NCBI RefSeq assembly: GCF_028641065.1
Contig: NC_073416.1
Location: 7,688,001-7,752,000, forward strand
Reading direction: 5' to 3'
DNA: 64,000 nucleotides
From: Leucoraja erinacea
Taxonomy: Eukaryota
The notes under the pieces are model-generated. The model saw only the letters and a program-made list of their open reading frames with translations. It ran no database searches and had not been told where the DNA came from. Of this stretch, positions 1 to 12,725 are shown one piece after another. A program made the position numbers and the translations under genes. Numbering within the stretch: the stretch's first letter is position 1; each line of letters opens with the position of its first letter.

Positions 1-26
1 TGCCCTTCTTTAAAGTAGGAGACAGG

Positions 27-200
27 ATGAACGTTGGTGTCGCTCACAGTGAGGTTAATCCCAACACTCGGATAATGAACAGCCGGGGGATCTGGCTAGC
101 TTACCTCATTTTAGTTGGAATTCTCCACGTCGTCCTGCTGAGTATTCCATTCTTCAGCATTCCGGTGGTGTGGACCCTCACTCATGTCATCCACAACTCG
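27..200 (+). CDS. ORMDL2: ORMDL sphingolipid biosynthesis regulator 2, coding exon 1
   Basis: [26 protein letters not shown]...[14 protein letters not shown] is an ORMDL N-terminus, closest to ORMDL2 ([16 protein letters not shown]). GTGAGT donor at 201; 174 nt, phase 0. Convergent neighbour DNAJC14 as in human. Confidence 0.93.
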
Positions 201-469
201 GTGAGTGTAGGAGACTGGGCAGGGGTGGGGCTGGGAGGGTTAGGTATTGGAATAGATGCTCTATAAGGCTGCTGCCATTCTGGCCATCTTTTAGGAATAA
301 CATCAAAACAGTTGACTGTAAGTTTGTGATACAAGTGTGTCCAGTGTCTGGAGCTGTTCGGAACCTATGTAACTGCTGCTATAATCAATCATTGGAACTC
401 CCTCCTATCTTTGGTTACAGGTGAACAAAGGACTAGCCAAGTCATCTTCTGATAATGTGTGACGTAGAA

Positions 470-598
470 TCAGTCCACTGTTCCTGCTTCCTCCCCATAT
501 CCCTTGATTCTGTTAGCCCCAAGAGCTATATCTAACTCTCTTGAATACATCCAGTGAATTGGCCTCCACTGCCTTCTGTGGCAGAGAATTCCACAAAT
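470..598 (-). mobile_element. CR1-type LINE 3' fragment in an ORMDL2 intron
   Basis: Matches the 3' end of the CR1 copy at 8453-8700 (ctccccatatcccttgattc...ttctgtggcagagaattccaca). Confidence 0.75.
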
Positions 599-829
599 TA
601 TAGAAGATTGTGTGTGTTTTGTTACATATTGGATCAAGCTTCTCTGTAATGTCCACTACCTCCCCTTCCCTCGCATATCAGAGATGGTGAAGGTTTCTTA
701 GCCATGTTTTATTGCTCAAGGGCGTTGAGATTGTGCCCACTCCATAAATATATACCTAGGTTGTTTCAAGATGTCTGTTCTACCCACCACAAAACGGTCA
801 CCAGTGTTGTAACGAGTGTCTGTTTGTAG

Positions 830-981
830 GCAATGTATTGGTTTCTGCACACTGTCAAAGGAACACCCTTTGAGACTCCAGACCAAGGCAAGGCACGGTT
901 ACTGACGCACTGGGAGCAAATGGATTATGGGATCCAATTTACGTCATCGCGCAAGTTTCTCACCATCACACCAATAATTCT
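830..981 (+). CDS. ORMDL2: ORMDL2 coding exon 2
   Basis: tttgtag acceptor; [50 protein letters not shown]; GTAAGT donor at 982; 152 nt. Confidence 0.95.
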
Positions 982-1134
982 GTAAGTCCTTGTTTTGTGT
1001 TTGTGGTAGCTGCTTCAATTGTTTTAAACTGGTAGAAAATCTGGGACATTATTGTGAGAGGGAAGAGGGAGCCAGAACCTACCAGTGAAATTCAGATGAA
1101 GTAAGTTTTAACCCGATTTCAAAGCTGTCTTGCC

Positions 1135-1450
1135 CATGGATCAGAAGTTCCACTCCTGAGCCTTGAATGTCTTTCTTTGAGACAATGCTAGACCTAGTTT
1201 GTTCTGATGTAAATGATCCCCCAGCACCATTGCAAGAACAAGAGCATTCTCTCCATTGTATAAGGGCAATGTTTATCCATAAACCAGCATTACTTTAAAA
1301 ACAGATAATCTGTTCCTTATCAAATTGCTTTGGGGGCAAATCTTTTACATTGTTATAATGCCCATGTGCCAAAAAATGTCTGCTTGATTGTAAAGTGCAT
1401 TTTAGAAGAGCAGAGGTTGTGAAAATCTCTGTAGAAATGCAAGTGTGCCC
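1135..1450 (+). mobile_element. Degraded Deu-domain SINE (SacSINE1/AmnSINE-like)
   Basis: gaacaagagcattctc...atgtttatcc...aaaacagataatctg...gttgtgaaa...gtagaaatgcaagt resembles the Deu-SINE body and tail. Related degraded copies near 3320-3850, 4770-4950 and 25640-25890. Confidence 0.5.
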
Positions 1451-2410
1451 TTTTCACATATCATGCAGTGAGGATCTGCAACTCATACGGTGGCCCTGCG
1501 AATGAGAATCCACCTATTGGTCATCAGTCAGGCCTTGGATGTTTCACAGAAAAATACTCTCAACATACTCGCACCTTAAGTGTTCTCACGATGAAGGGAC
1601 GGCAATACATTTCCAAAGCAGGGTGGTGTAACTTGGGAAGGAACCTGCAGACAGCGGTGCTCACATGTGCCCATCACTCTCAACTCCTAGGGGGTGGAGG
1701 CCAGAGTCACTGTCAGAATAGCCTAGGTGACATTTCATGCAGGTAATGATACAGTGCAGCCACTGTTGCCTGGTGGAGGGAGAGAATTGAGCATGCACTT
1801 CACTCTGGGTGATGTTGAGCTTCTTGAGAGATATTACACTTCATCCATCATACCCTTTTCTTATATCTTGGAGATGATGGAAAGGCTTTTAGCAAGGAGG
1901 GAGAGTTCGGCTGCCGGTTGCTTTATGGAAACAAACGTTTAATAAAGTCAATTATCAAAGTAAAGATGATTTTGTGGAGAGTGGCACCAGGTGGGCGGAC
2001 ATTGGAGAAACAGATTGTTTCCTGAACAGGGGAAAGGGAGAATTAATGGTGACCTTCAAAACTATGTGAAAAATCAGGGAGGAGGGCAATGGTGAAGTGG
2101 TGCAGGCAAGAGGGGCCTGGTGCCAAATTTCTGCTCCTATTTTCCGATGTGGAGGCAGAGAAACTTTCCAGAGGCTGGAGGGGCAGCAAACACAATTATT
2201 TTTTGTTTAAGATGACTGACATAACATTACACAAAGTGGTTATACATTTACAGGCCACTAGGGAATGAGCAGGGGAGTTGAACTACTTGGAGTGATTGTT
2301 TTTAAGGATAGCACACATTGTGGGCTGAATGGTACTTTTCTACAATATGATATAATTAATTAACTTACAGATTGTGTGTCATTTAATAAATGGTTATGTT
2401 TTCTTTCCAG

Positions 2411-2546
2411 GTATATGCTAGCAAGTTTCTACACTAAATATAACGTTGTTCATTTCCTGGTGAACACTACATCTTTGCTTACTGCCCTCATTCCCAAACT
2501 CCCCCAGCTGCACGGGGTCCGCCTTTTTGGCATCAATAAGTATTGA
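2411..2546 (+). CDS. ORMDL2: ORMDL2 coding exon 3 (terminal)
   Basis: ttctttccag acceptor; [47 protein letters not shown]. Exons sum to 462 nt = 153 aa, the canonical ORMDL length. Confidence 0.95.
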
Positions 2547-3020
2547 GCGGGTGGTTGGCAGCTGAGCGAATGCTGCCAGTGGCTCCAGCCAGCCTCAGAC
2601 AGGGGTCCGTATGAGTGATGGGCACAATGTACTGAGACAATGAACCGAGAAGAGCCTGCTGACACAACCATCCAAATTAGTGACGATTTACTTACAGCCA
2701 AGATCTTCCACTTGGCCACGTAGGAATTGTGCTCGTGTATAATTTTATATTTTTTCTCTCCTTTTGCATCAATTGTATACATAAAAAATGTTTTGTCACT
2801 GAGGGCGTGGTAGTGTTTGTGCACGTAAGAACATGAATGCATACATCAGGCAGTATTCTGCTCCTGGCTCCTGTCTACACTTCCTCTCAGATTCTGACAA
2901 TCTCCTATTGTCAGAGGAAAAAAATGGACAAGTCCAGAACAATGATATACATTTCTTCAATGTTCCTACTCCTGTCCAAAAAGCACTCGGTATATTAGAA
3001 CAATTACTTGATTTTGGCTG

Positions 3021-3026
3021 AATAAA
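3021..3026 (+). terminator. Probable ORMDL2 polyadenylation signal
   Basis: First AATAAA seen downstream of the stop codon, about 475 nt into the 3' UTR. Confidence 0.55.
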
Positions 3027-4989
3027 CGATAACACTTGTGAGGCACTGTCACTGCATGGGGTATGATAGATCTAAACCTTGAACTTGGGGCTGGTTATAG
3101 CCCTTGCAGTAAATAGTAACTTGGCAGAAAGATTCAACTGAGAGGTAAACCACACCACCTACCATACCTTGCCCAGAGGTGACACCGCCAAAGCCAAACT
3201 TAATTAATTTTTAGTTTTTACAAAGCATCTACTTAAAAGTAAATGAATTTATCATTGCAATTGTTTATACTGTTTGGTGCAGCCATCATTTAACATTCAT
3301 ATACACAATCAACTTGGTTAAGAGAGCTGTGCTCTCTCAACTCTGAATCAGAGCGTTTGCTGCTGAAACTGGAGCACAAAAATCCACGTTAACATTCCCA
3401 GTGAATGCACTAGTGTTTGACTGTTCATTGTCAAATCAAGATTCTATTCTCTTGCCCAAGGCACTGTTTTGAAGAACAGTTAGTAAGTAAGTAAGTAAGC
3501 AAATTTTATTTATATAGCACGTTTAAATCCTTGCGTTGAAAACAGGTTAGTTTACCCCAAATTTATCACCTAACCAACATCACATAATAACCAACATAAT
3601 AAAAACTGCAGGTGCTGGGAATCTGAAATAACAGAAAATGCTGAAAAAGCTCAGCAGCTCAGGCAGCATCTGTGAAAAGAGGAACCTGAAGAAGGTTCTG
3701 AACTTTTATTTTGCCTCAGAGATGCTGCCAGACCAGCTGAGTGTCCAACGCATTTTCGTGGAATCCCATTGCACATGCGATTACATTAAAAAAAATACTT
3801 GATTGGATCAAAAGCCATCAAGGCTCTTAAGGGTGCTATAAAACATGGAAATCTCTGTAATCAATGACTGGTTCATGATATCTTTAACTAACTTTTCATT
3901 CCCCAAACCTTAGAACAAAAACTATGACACAAGTTGTGCTCAGTTCCCAAAGATCTAAGCATCCAAGTGTATATTTTAAAGTGCTTTTTACCCCCCTTCA
4001 AATGGGAGCCACTCCAGGTATTGAGCCCAGCAATGTGGGCATCATTCCTTTGCCTCCACTGTACTGGTCAATATATTATTCAGACTGTAGTTCTGGCCTC
4101 CTGCTCTGATGGATTAATGGGATAGGAGCATTTCTTCCAGTCACATTTTTTAAAACTCAACTAACACAACCAAACAGATTAACTTGACACTGCTGCTTAT
4201 GAGATCCAGCTATGCACAATGTGGAAATCACATCATTAAAGCCATGAGCTGGATTGTGCGCAGCCTGGGACACCTTGTTGCATCTCCAGGCTTTGAGTTT
4301 CAAAAATCAACAATGCCAAACGTTGTCTCTTGAGTGCAAGAATCCCAAGTGAAACAAGAACTGTAAGCCTGTAACAAAAGTTCCAGCCCCTGCACAACAC
4401 AACTTGACATTGTGACGGCAACATTTGAAATCCTAGCAAACTATAATAAATAGATAATGCAGATTCAATAGCAACAAATCTAATTTCAGCAGTGATCCTT
4501 CCACATTTTGCATTTATCCAAACAGGGCTAGTTATCAAATAGTGACATGCACAAATGTTAAATATTATTGCACCTTCCTGGTTTGGCTTCCTAAAATTCA
4601 ACACCTTGCACATATCTGAATTAAACTCAATTTGCCATTCTTCGACGAACTTGCCCAACTGATCAAGATCGCACTGAAATTCTTAATAACCATCTATAAA
4701 AAAACACCACTTTAAACGTCACCTTACTGATCGTAAATATATGGTAGAAATCTTTTCTTAAAAGGGGACCTCCTGAGAGCAATATTTAATGATCTAACAA
4801 CATCCAAACCAAATGTATTTAATTGTTACCTGTACGAGCTAGCTGTGCGCAAGTGGGTGCTGCTATTCTTATATTACACCTTAAAAGTACTTTATTGGCT
4901 AAAAGTACTTTGGGATATCCTGAAGTTATGAACGGTAAATGCAAGCAAAGCAATAGCAGTTCAGCTATGATTGAGATTTAACAATGCTA

Positions 4990-5315
4990 CAGTGCCCTCC
5001 ATAATGTTTGGGACAAATACCCATCATTTATTTATTTGTCTCTGTACTCCACAATTTGAGATTTGTAATAGAAAAAAAATCACATGTGGTTAAAGTACAC
5101 CTTGTCAGATCTTATTAAAGGGTATTTTTATACATTTTGGTTTCACCAAACTAAACATGACTACTTTCATTTACATGACATTGCTGTGTCCCAAACATTA
5201 TGGTGCCCTGAAATGGAGGGACTATGTATAAACACTGCTGTAATTTCTACATGGTGATACCAAAATGTATAAAAATACCCCTTAATAAAATTTGACCATT
5301 ATGGACGGCACTCTG
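4990..5315. mobile_element. Tc1/mariner-derived MITE
   Basis: TA|CAGTGCCCTCCATAATG ... CATTATGGACGGCACTCTG|TA terminal inverted repeats with TA flanks; internal inverted blocks 5111-5148 vs 5252-5290. Confidence 0.7.
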
Positions 5316-5802
5316 TATGGTTGCTGAGTGTATCATATTTAAAAACCAAATCCCTTTCTTTATAAAGAAAAATACATTTTAGTAATGCAATATGCATTTA
5401 TTTTTACTCTTCCAAAAGTTCTGGCTAATTGTGTTGGGATCTGCAAGCCTTTTTACAATCAAAAGACTGGAGGTGCACTGAGTGCACCCATCGAATAATG
5501 CAGTATTAAATTTGCCCATGGCCACCTCAAAATCAGCCCTAACTTCAACAGTAATATTCAACAGATCTTTGCTAACAGCTCACTGGCTTCTACATTTAAT
5601 AATCTGGCCATTAAAGGCAAATTACTTGGATATCTCAAGACAACTAAAGTTGGGGGGGGGGGAGCTATTTTTACAAGATAGAACTATAACTTACGAGGTT
5701 ATTTAATTTTAAACTTCATCAAATGGAAAATAAAATGAGAAAATGTTGAACAGATCAGCAAATCACAGAACCTCAGTGGATTCACCCACCAAGTTTACTG
5801 TT

Positions 5803-5978
5803 TAAGAAGGAACTGCAGATGCTGGAAAAATGAAAGGTAGACAAAAATGCTGGAGAAACTCAGCGGGTAAGGCAGCATCTATGGAGTGAAGGAATAGGTG
5901 ATGTCTGAGGAAGGGTCTTGACCCGAAACGTCACCTATTCCTTTGCTCCACAGATGCTGCCTCACCTGCTGAGTTTCT
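5803..5978. mobile_element. Penelope-derived short fold-back element with hammerhead core
   Basis: Inverted pair of PLE terminal repeats; core CTGAGGAAGGGTCTTGACCCGAAACGTC at 5905-5932; direct repeat CCACCAAGTTTACTGTT at 5786-5802 and 5979-5995. Confidence 0.75.
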
Positions 5979-7441
5979 CCACCAAGTTTACTGTTGGAGG
6001 CTAGCAAAGTTTCTGATAGCTTGAATGCATGATAGGGGCACATGTTTGAGGCATCTTTTGAAATCCAGGATTTCAGGCATACATTCAACTAACTACATTG
6101 ACCTAGTTTTCCTGAACAATCTCAAGGTAGTGCGTCAGCATCTCAGGTGATTTAGATCTTGTCAAGTTGAAAATAGCAATACAAATTGCAGAGAACAACA
6201 CAGCGGATCATCCTGGAATGTACACTATCCTACTGTCTGAGAATTGATTTTATGCATGGGTCACAGATTTTGCAATTTTTTGGGTTGAGTCAGTAGTAGA
6301 CTTATAGGGTAGCATTCTATACACAATATAGTAAGCATTTATTAAGTGGACATGTTTTGGCCAAGTTTCCAGAGAAAGCAGGTTAAGTTGCCAACAAAGT
6401 ATACATACTGAATCTATCAATAAATACACTTCCCATTCCCACCCTATGGAGCAGTGAACACATGATGCAAAGGTTGGACTGCGTAAATTCCAGTGTTAAC
6501 CCCTGGGTACCTCATTTGGGTTGCAAGGCACTTCATAGTTGTGTTCAACTGTATGGTGAATTCTGCAGACATCAATGTAACAATGTAACTTGCGCCATTA
6601 CTATGAAAGAAATGTTCAACTTTGTTGAGGAATTTTGTTAAAGCCAATTAAGGAGCTGAAGGAGAGGGGGGGACAGAGAGAGAGGAGTAGACATTACAAC
6701 AATAAGAAACAGCAGAATAAAACGAACACAACTCCATTTTTCTATTTATGGTAGAGCTATCAAAGGTTCATATTTTTTATAAGATTTGTGTACGATTTCT
6801 GCAGCACAATAATTTTCCAATAAATATTTAATTTTTTTAAAGTTACAAAAAGAAATTGTATCCCATCTCTAAATCACAATAAGTGTGGCAATTTTACACA
6901 GTTAACTCAAATTATTTTCTGGTTCCTTTAAACAAAAAAAAAGTGCTTTCTTTTAAAAAGAAAATACCTACCATACAGTGGAAATCAGGCCAGCAGCCAA
7001 GCACAATGTTTAGTCTGTTCCTTTTGCATTGCAAACTTTTCCCCATTAAAAATGGTCAGGAGGATGTATGACCTTGGGGAAAGGAAGAGCCGAGAAACGG
7101 AACATTTCAGGAGGAGGTAGCCGAGCATGGAAGAATAATAAAGCATTGAAAAAAGTCACCTACTGGGTAATTTTTCATCTACCTGTTGAAACCAGAAATT
7201 AATTTGTCTTTACCTAACAAATTATAAAGTAAAGCCCTCTTAAGATCACTTTAGTTGCTACTGTACATCCAAATTAAAATGTTAAAAACAAGGTACAGTT
7301 AAAGTCTATTCATTCAATTCAATAAAAGAGGACTTTTATTTGTCTTTGTTCTAATCTAGAATCAGGATTTGACCTTCTCAGTCAGGCTGCTATCTAGCTG
7401 ACTGAGGTGATCGCTGAGGTTTGTTTTAGCGCTTTTAAGGC

Positions 7442-7649
7442 TCAGCGCGGGAATGTCCGTCGCACCTTCTTCCTTCTCTTTTGCTTTGTATCGGTTCTCT
7501 GCGTGGACTCTCCTTTTGCCTGACCATTGGGCCCCATTTGTGATGGGTTGAAGAAGCTCCCGTTGGCCTGCGGTGGCACTCCCTGGAAAATCTTGCTGAA
7601 AAACTCTTGGAGGTCAGCAGGAGAACTTGGGCCATTCTCCGAGCCAGCT
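7442..7649 (-). CDS. DNAJC14: DNAJC14 terminal coding exon
   Basis: ctttgtag acceptor; (R)AGSENGPSSPADLQEFFSKIFQG...KQKRRKKVRRTFPR-TGA matches the DNAJC14 C-terminus (PADLQDF..RIFQ; KRRKKVRRPFQR); 208 nt, phase-consistent. Confidence 0.92.
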
Positions 7650-8452
7650 CTACAAAGAGAAAATAAAGATGTTATGGAACATTTTTAGAACCACTTCTTC
7701 AAATGACAATATCCTCATGCAGTAGGCTGTCAAAACCCTTAACCAAGCAGACCGTTGAATTCAAGACTGCCACATTCCCAAAGCAGAGGTACAACAACAC
7801 AACTGCAGCCAACATTGGCTGTGGAAAAAGTCGAACAATGCCCTTTTTAATGCCCTTTCCATTGGACAGCACTTGTCCTTTCATCAACTTCTCCAAAAGC
7901 AGAGACAAGACAGAATAGACAATAACCACAGTGAGGTATATTTTCCTCCATTTAGTGAAAGACAATACGGCGTTTTACTAACAAAGTATATTCCGCTACA
8001 TTTAAGGGCATGAGGCGCCATCTGTTCAAACTGCTATCAGAGCAACATGATGTGCATTCTATTTTGAAAACCATAAACAAACACTCAAATGATAGATTTT
8101 CCAAACTATTTTAAATATTTCTCATTCTCCCATGGGCATAATTGTCCTCAGGAAAATGACGGCAATCTCCTTAAATCACTTCAGTCCATTGGTGAATGCA
8201 CTCCCACAGTGCTGTGAGATAATAACCTCCCAAGAACTGCAATTCAGCTTGAAAAATAACATTAGAATTGCAAATTTACAGCTGTAGTTTACAGTTCACT
8301 TTTTATCAATCAACAAGAAACACCCACCAACACCAGGCACAATAACCATGTTTAGTTTAATGATACAGTGCGGAAATATGCCCTTCGGCCCACACAGACA
8401 GCAGCCACAGTTAGGATAGAACCCGGGTCTATGGTGCTGCAAGGCAGCAACT

Positions 8453-11318
8453 CTAGAAACATAGAAAGTAGGTGCAGGAGTAGGCCATTCGGCCCTTCGA
8501 GCCTGCACCGTCATTCGATATGATCATGGCTGATCATCCAACTCAGTATCCCATCCCTGCATTCTCTCCATACCCCCTGATCCCTTTAGCCACAAGGGCC
8601 ACATCTAACTCCCTCTTAAATATAGCCAATGAACTGGCCTCAACTACCTTCTGTGGCAGAGAATTCCACAGATTCACCACTCTCTGTGTAAAAAATGATT
8701 TTCTCATCTCGGTCCTAAAAGACTTCCCTCTTATCCTTAAACTGTGACCCCTAGTTCTGGACTTTCCCAACATCGGGAATAATCTTCCTGCATCTAGCCT
8801 GTCCAACCCCTTAAGAATTTTGTACGTTTCTATAAGATCCCCCCTCAATCTTCTGAATTCCAGCGTGTACAAGCCGAGTCTATCCAGTCTTTCTTCATAT
8901 GAAAGTCCTACCATCCCAGGAATCAGTCTGGTGAACCTTCTCTGTACTCCCTTTATGGCAAGAATGTCTTTCCTCAGATTAGGAGACCAAAACTGTACGC
9001 AATACTCCAGGTGTGGTCTCACCAAGACCCTGTACAACTGCAGTAGAACCGCAAGGCTCAGTGCTGGGACCCCAGGACTGCAGTAGAACCTCCCTGCTCT
9101 TATACTCAAATCCTTTTGCTATGAATGCTAACATACCATTTGCTTTCTTCACTGCCTGCTGCACCTGCATTCCTACTTTTAATGACTGGTGTACCATGAC
9201 ACCCAGGTCTCGTTGCATCTCCCCTTTTCCTAATCGGTCACCATTCAGATAATAGTCTACTTTCCTGTTTTTGCCACCAAAGTGGATAACCTCACATTTA
9301 TCCACATTATACTGCATCTGCCATTCATTTGCCCACTCACCCAACCTATCCAAGTCACCTTGCAGCCTCCTAGCATCCTCCTCACAGCTAACACTGCCCC
9401 CCCAGCTTAGTGTCATCCGCAAACTTGGAGATGTTTCATTCAATTCCCTCATCCAGATCATTAATATATATTGTAAATAGCTGGGGTCCCAGCACTGAGC
9501 CTTGCAGTACCCCACTAGTTACTGCCTGCCATTCTGAAAAGGACCCGTTTACTCCCACTCTTTGCTTCCTGTCTGCCAGCCAGTTCTCTATCCACATCAA
9601 TACTGAACCCCCAATACCATGTGCTTTAAGTTTGTATACTAATCTCTTATGTGGGACTTTGTCAAAAGCCTTCTGAAAGTCCAGATACACCACATCCACT
9701 GGTTCTCCCCTATCCACTCTACTAGTTACTTCCTCAAAAAATTCTATAAGATTCGTCAGACATGATTTACCTTTCATAAATCCATGCTGACTTTGTCCAA
9801 TGAATTCACCACTTTCCAAATGTGCTGCTATCCCATCTTTAATAACTGACCCCAGAATTGTCCCCACCACCGATGTTAGACTAACTGGTCTGTAATTCCC
9901 CGTTTTCTCTCTCCCTCCCTTTTTAAAAAGTGGGGTTACATTAACTACCCTCCAGTCCTCAGGAACTACTCCAGAATCTAAAGAGTTTTGAAAAATTATC
10001 ACTAATGCATCCACTATTTCTGCGGCTACTTCCTTAAGTACTCTGGGATGCAACTTATCTGGCCCTGAGGATTTATCGGCCTTTAATCCATTCAATTTAC
10101 CTAACCCCACTTCCCGGCTAACCTGGATTTCACTCAGTTCTTCCATCTCATTTAACCCCCGGTCCCTTGCTATTTCCGGCAGATTGTTTATGTCTTCCTT
10201 AGTGAAGACAGAACCAAAGTAGTTATTCAATTGGTCTACCATGTCCTTGTTCCCCATGATCAATTCACCTGTTTCTGACTGCAAGGAACCTACATTTGTT
10301 TTAACTAATCTTTTCCTCTTCACATATCTATAAAAACTTTTGCAGTCAGTTTTTATGTTCCCTGCCAGTTTTCTTTCATAATCTATTTTCCCTTTCCTAA
10401 TTAAGCCTTTTGTCCTCCTCTGCTGGACCCCAAATTTCTCACAGTCCTCTGGTAGGCTGCTTGTTCTGGCTAATTTGTACGCTTCATCTTTTGTTTTGAT
10501 ACTATCCCTGATTTCCCTTGTTATCCACGGATGCACTACCTTCCCTGATTTATTCTTTTGCCAAACTGGGATGAACACGTGTTGTAGTTCATCCATGCAG
10601 TTTTTAAATGTCTTCCATTGCATATCCACCGTCAACCATTTAAGAATCATTTGCCAGTCTATCTTGGCCAATTCACGTCTCATACCCTCAAAGTCACCTT
10701 TCTTTAAGTTCAGGACCCTTGTTTCTGAATTAACAATGTCACTCTCCATCCTAATGAAGAACTCAACCATATTATGGTCACGAATGCTCCTTGCATTAAG
10801 ATACAAAGCCTTCAGGCTTGTCTTTACAACACTCTTACTCCTTATACAATTATGTTGAAAAATGTCCCTGTTTGATTTTTGCCCTGGATTTGTCTGCCTG
10901 CCACTTTTACTTTTCACCTTGCTACCTATTGCTTCTACTCTCATTTTACACCCCTCTGCCTCTCTGCTCTTGCACCCATCCCCCAGCCACATTAGTTTAA
11001 ATCCTCCCCGACAGCACTAGCAAACACTCCCCCAAGGACATTGGTTCCATTCCAGCCCAGGTGCAGACCGTCCTGTTTGTACTGGTCCCACCTCCCCCAG
11101 AACTGGTTCCAATGCCCTAGAAATTTGAATCCCTCCCCCTTGCACCATTTTTCAAGCCACGTATTCATCTGCAATATCCTCCTATTCCTACTGTGACTGG
11201 CCCGTGGCACTGGTAGTAATCCAGAGATTATTACCTTTGAGGTCCTACTTTTAAATTTATCTCCTAGCTCCCTAAATTCACCTTGTAGGACCTCATCACT
11301 TTTTTACCTATATCGTTG
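8453..11318 (-). mobile_element. CR1-clade LINE, 5'-truncated, with ORF1 SGNH-esterase remnant and disrupted ORF2 reverse transcriptase
   Basis: ORF1 tail ...KQDGLHLGWNG...; ORF2 RT motifs [42 protein letters not shown]; (TTTCTATG)-type 3' tail at 8453-8467; frameshifted; lies in the last DNAJC14 intron. Confidence 0.95.
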
Positions 11319-11684
11319 CACCACTGTGTCGCCATCTGAAAACATTTCTGGCAACCACTATTTTCTATGCAGCTGGTAAACGCTACATAGCATCAATGTG
11401 GAGATTGGGCTCGCAGGCTTGCCAGTCATTAAAAATCTACACAAAGTGTGAGTTGGTCACTCCACTCCAATAGCTATTGTAATTTTCACAAGACCAACAT
11501 TGGTCACTGCTTCTGATTAAAAAAAAATTACACAGGCATTTTATTTGGCTGCCTCGTATCAAATCTCAAATCTGCACTTGGACTGTTACGTAAAATGTAC
11601 TGTTTGATGCCATAAAAATTACATTTAGTCAAAACAGTTGGAAAATGATGATGAATATGCCAAGTTCTCTGCATTTTTACCCAC

Positions 11685-11787
11685 CTATGCCGACCACTGC
11701 TTCCAGAAGTTCTCGTAGCAAATGATATATGGTAAGGAACAAGATGTATGTCAGGAGATATTCCTACCTTCTGACACCCAGCCCATT
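11685..11787 (-). CDS. DNAJC14: DNAJC14 coding exon 5
   Basis: ttttcag acceptor; [23 protein letters not shown]...GRH(R); GTGGGT donor; 103 nt. Confidence 0.93.
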
Positions 11788-12725
11788 CTGAAAAGAAAGA
11801 AATAGTTACCAAAGATTGTGACTGAGAAAGATGCAAGCTCTCCTAATCCTCCTTCTAACAGATTGATGGACAATATCACAATGGCTAAAGTAACGCAAAA
11901 GAAATGCAAGTACTTTGTATCCTTGCTCTCAAATGATCTTCTCCTGGTCCAATGAACCATTCTAACTTTCCTTCCCACTATCGCCAAGCCACCACTTTCT
12001 ATCTGGTGGCCCGACGCCATTCAAGCAAGCAGCATATGCCAAACCCATGGCACTCCACACCACTTCAAATAAAACTAACGACTTTAAAACCTTTGAAGGT
12101 TTACTTTCATCTGCAAAAATTTAAACGCAGACCTGGCTTCCCCCTTATTTTTCCTTTGATTATTTCCACTGCCGTTGACAGGATTTTAGACCACTGCAAG
12201 AATCTTTTGCAATGCCCTGGAGTACAATTTTAGCCATATTCTCCGGAAGAACACTCCAGGGAGTACTTTGACATATTCAAGCATTTGCTGTCATTTGGGA
12301 GAGCTGTGGCAACAGCTGCTGCAATAAAATATATTTCTTCCATCAACATCCCCTATCATTCAGCAGGAAACAAGGGCTGTAGTCTTGTTCAGAGGGTAGC
12401 AACATTTCTGTTCTGTTCTGTTGCTTTGTAGGTTCGAATATTGACTACTTTTTGCAAAAACATAGGAAGCTTTTCTTCAGTGTCAGTCAAGACTGGGATT
12501 TTCATGTTAAGTTATACAGACAACACATTCAGTCCCAGTGAGTTGGTGTCTCTGCTCCATAAAACCACAGTGCTGCAGTAACCAGGCAACTAGTTTCATG
12601 CAGCACACTAATTCCAAATTCTCATCACATGCAAAAGGTCACCAAAAACTAACAGTGTTTGTTTTTTTCTTATTACAACACGCTGAGAATGTTTCAAGAT
12701 AACTTCAAGTTTCTCATAGTCGTAC

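Noticed and set aside
201-266. C-terminal extension of the 79-aa ORF at 27-266
   Set aside because: Read-through into the intron past the GTGAGT donor; homology continues at 830.
9436-10992. 518-aa RT ORF as a domesticated gene or active LINE
   Set aside because: Frameshift before the catalytic FADD motif, a second frameshifting insertion, 5' truncation and high similarity to another decayed copy.
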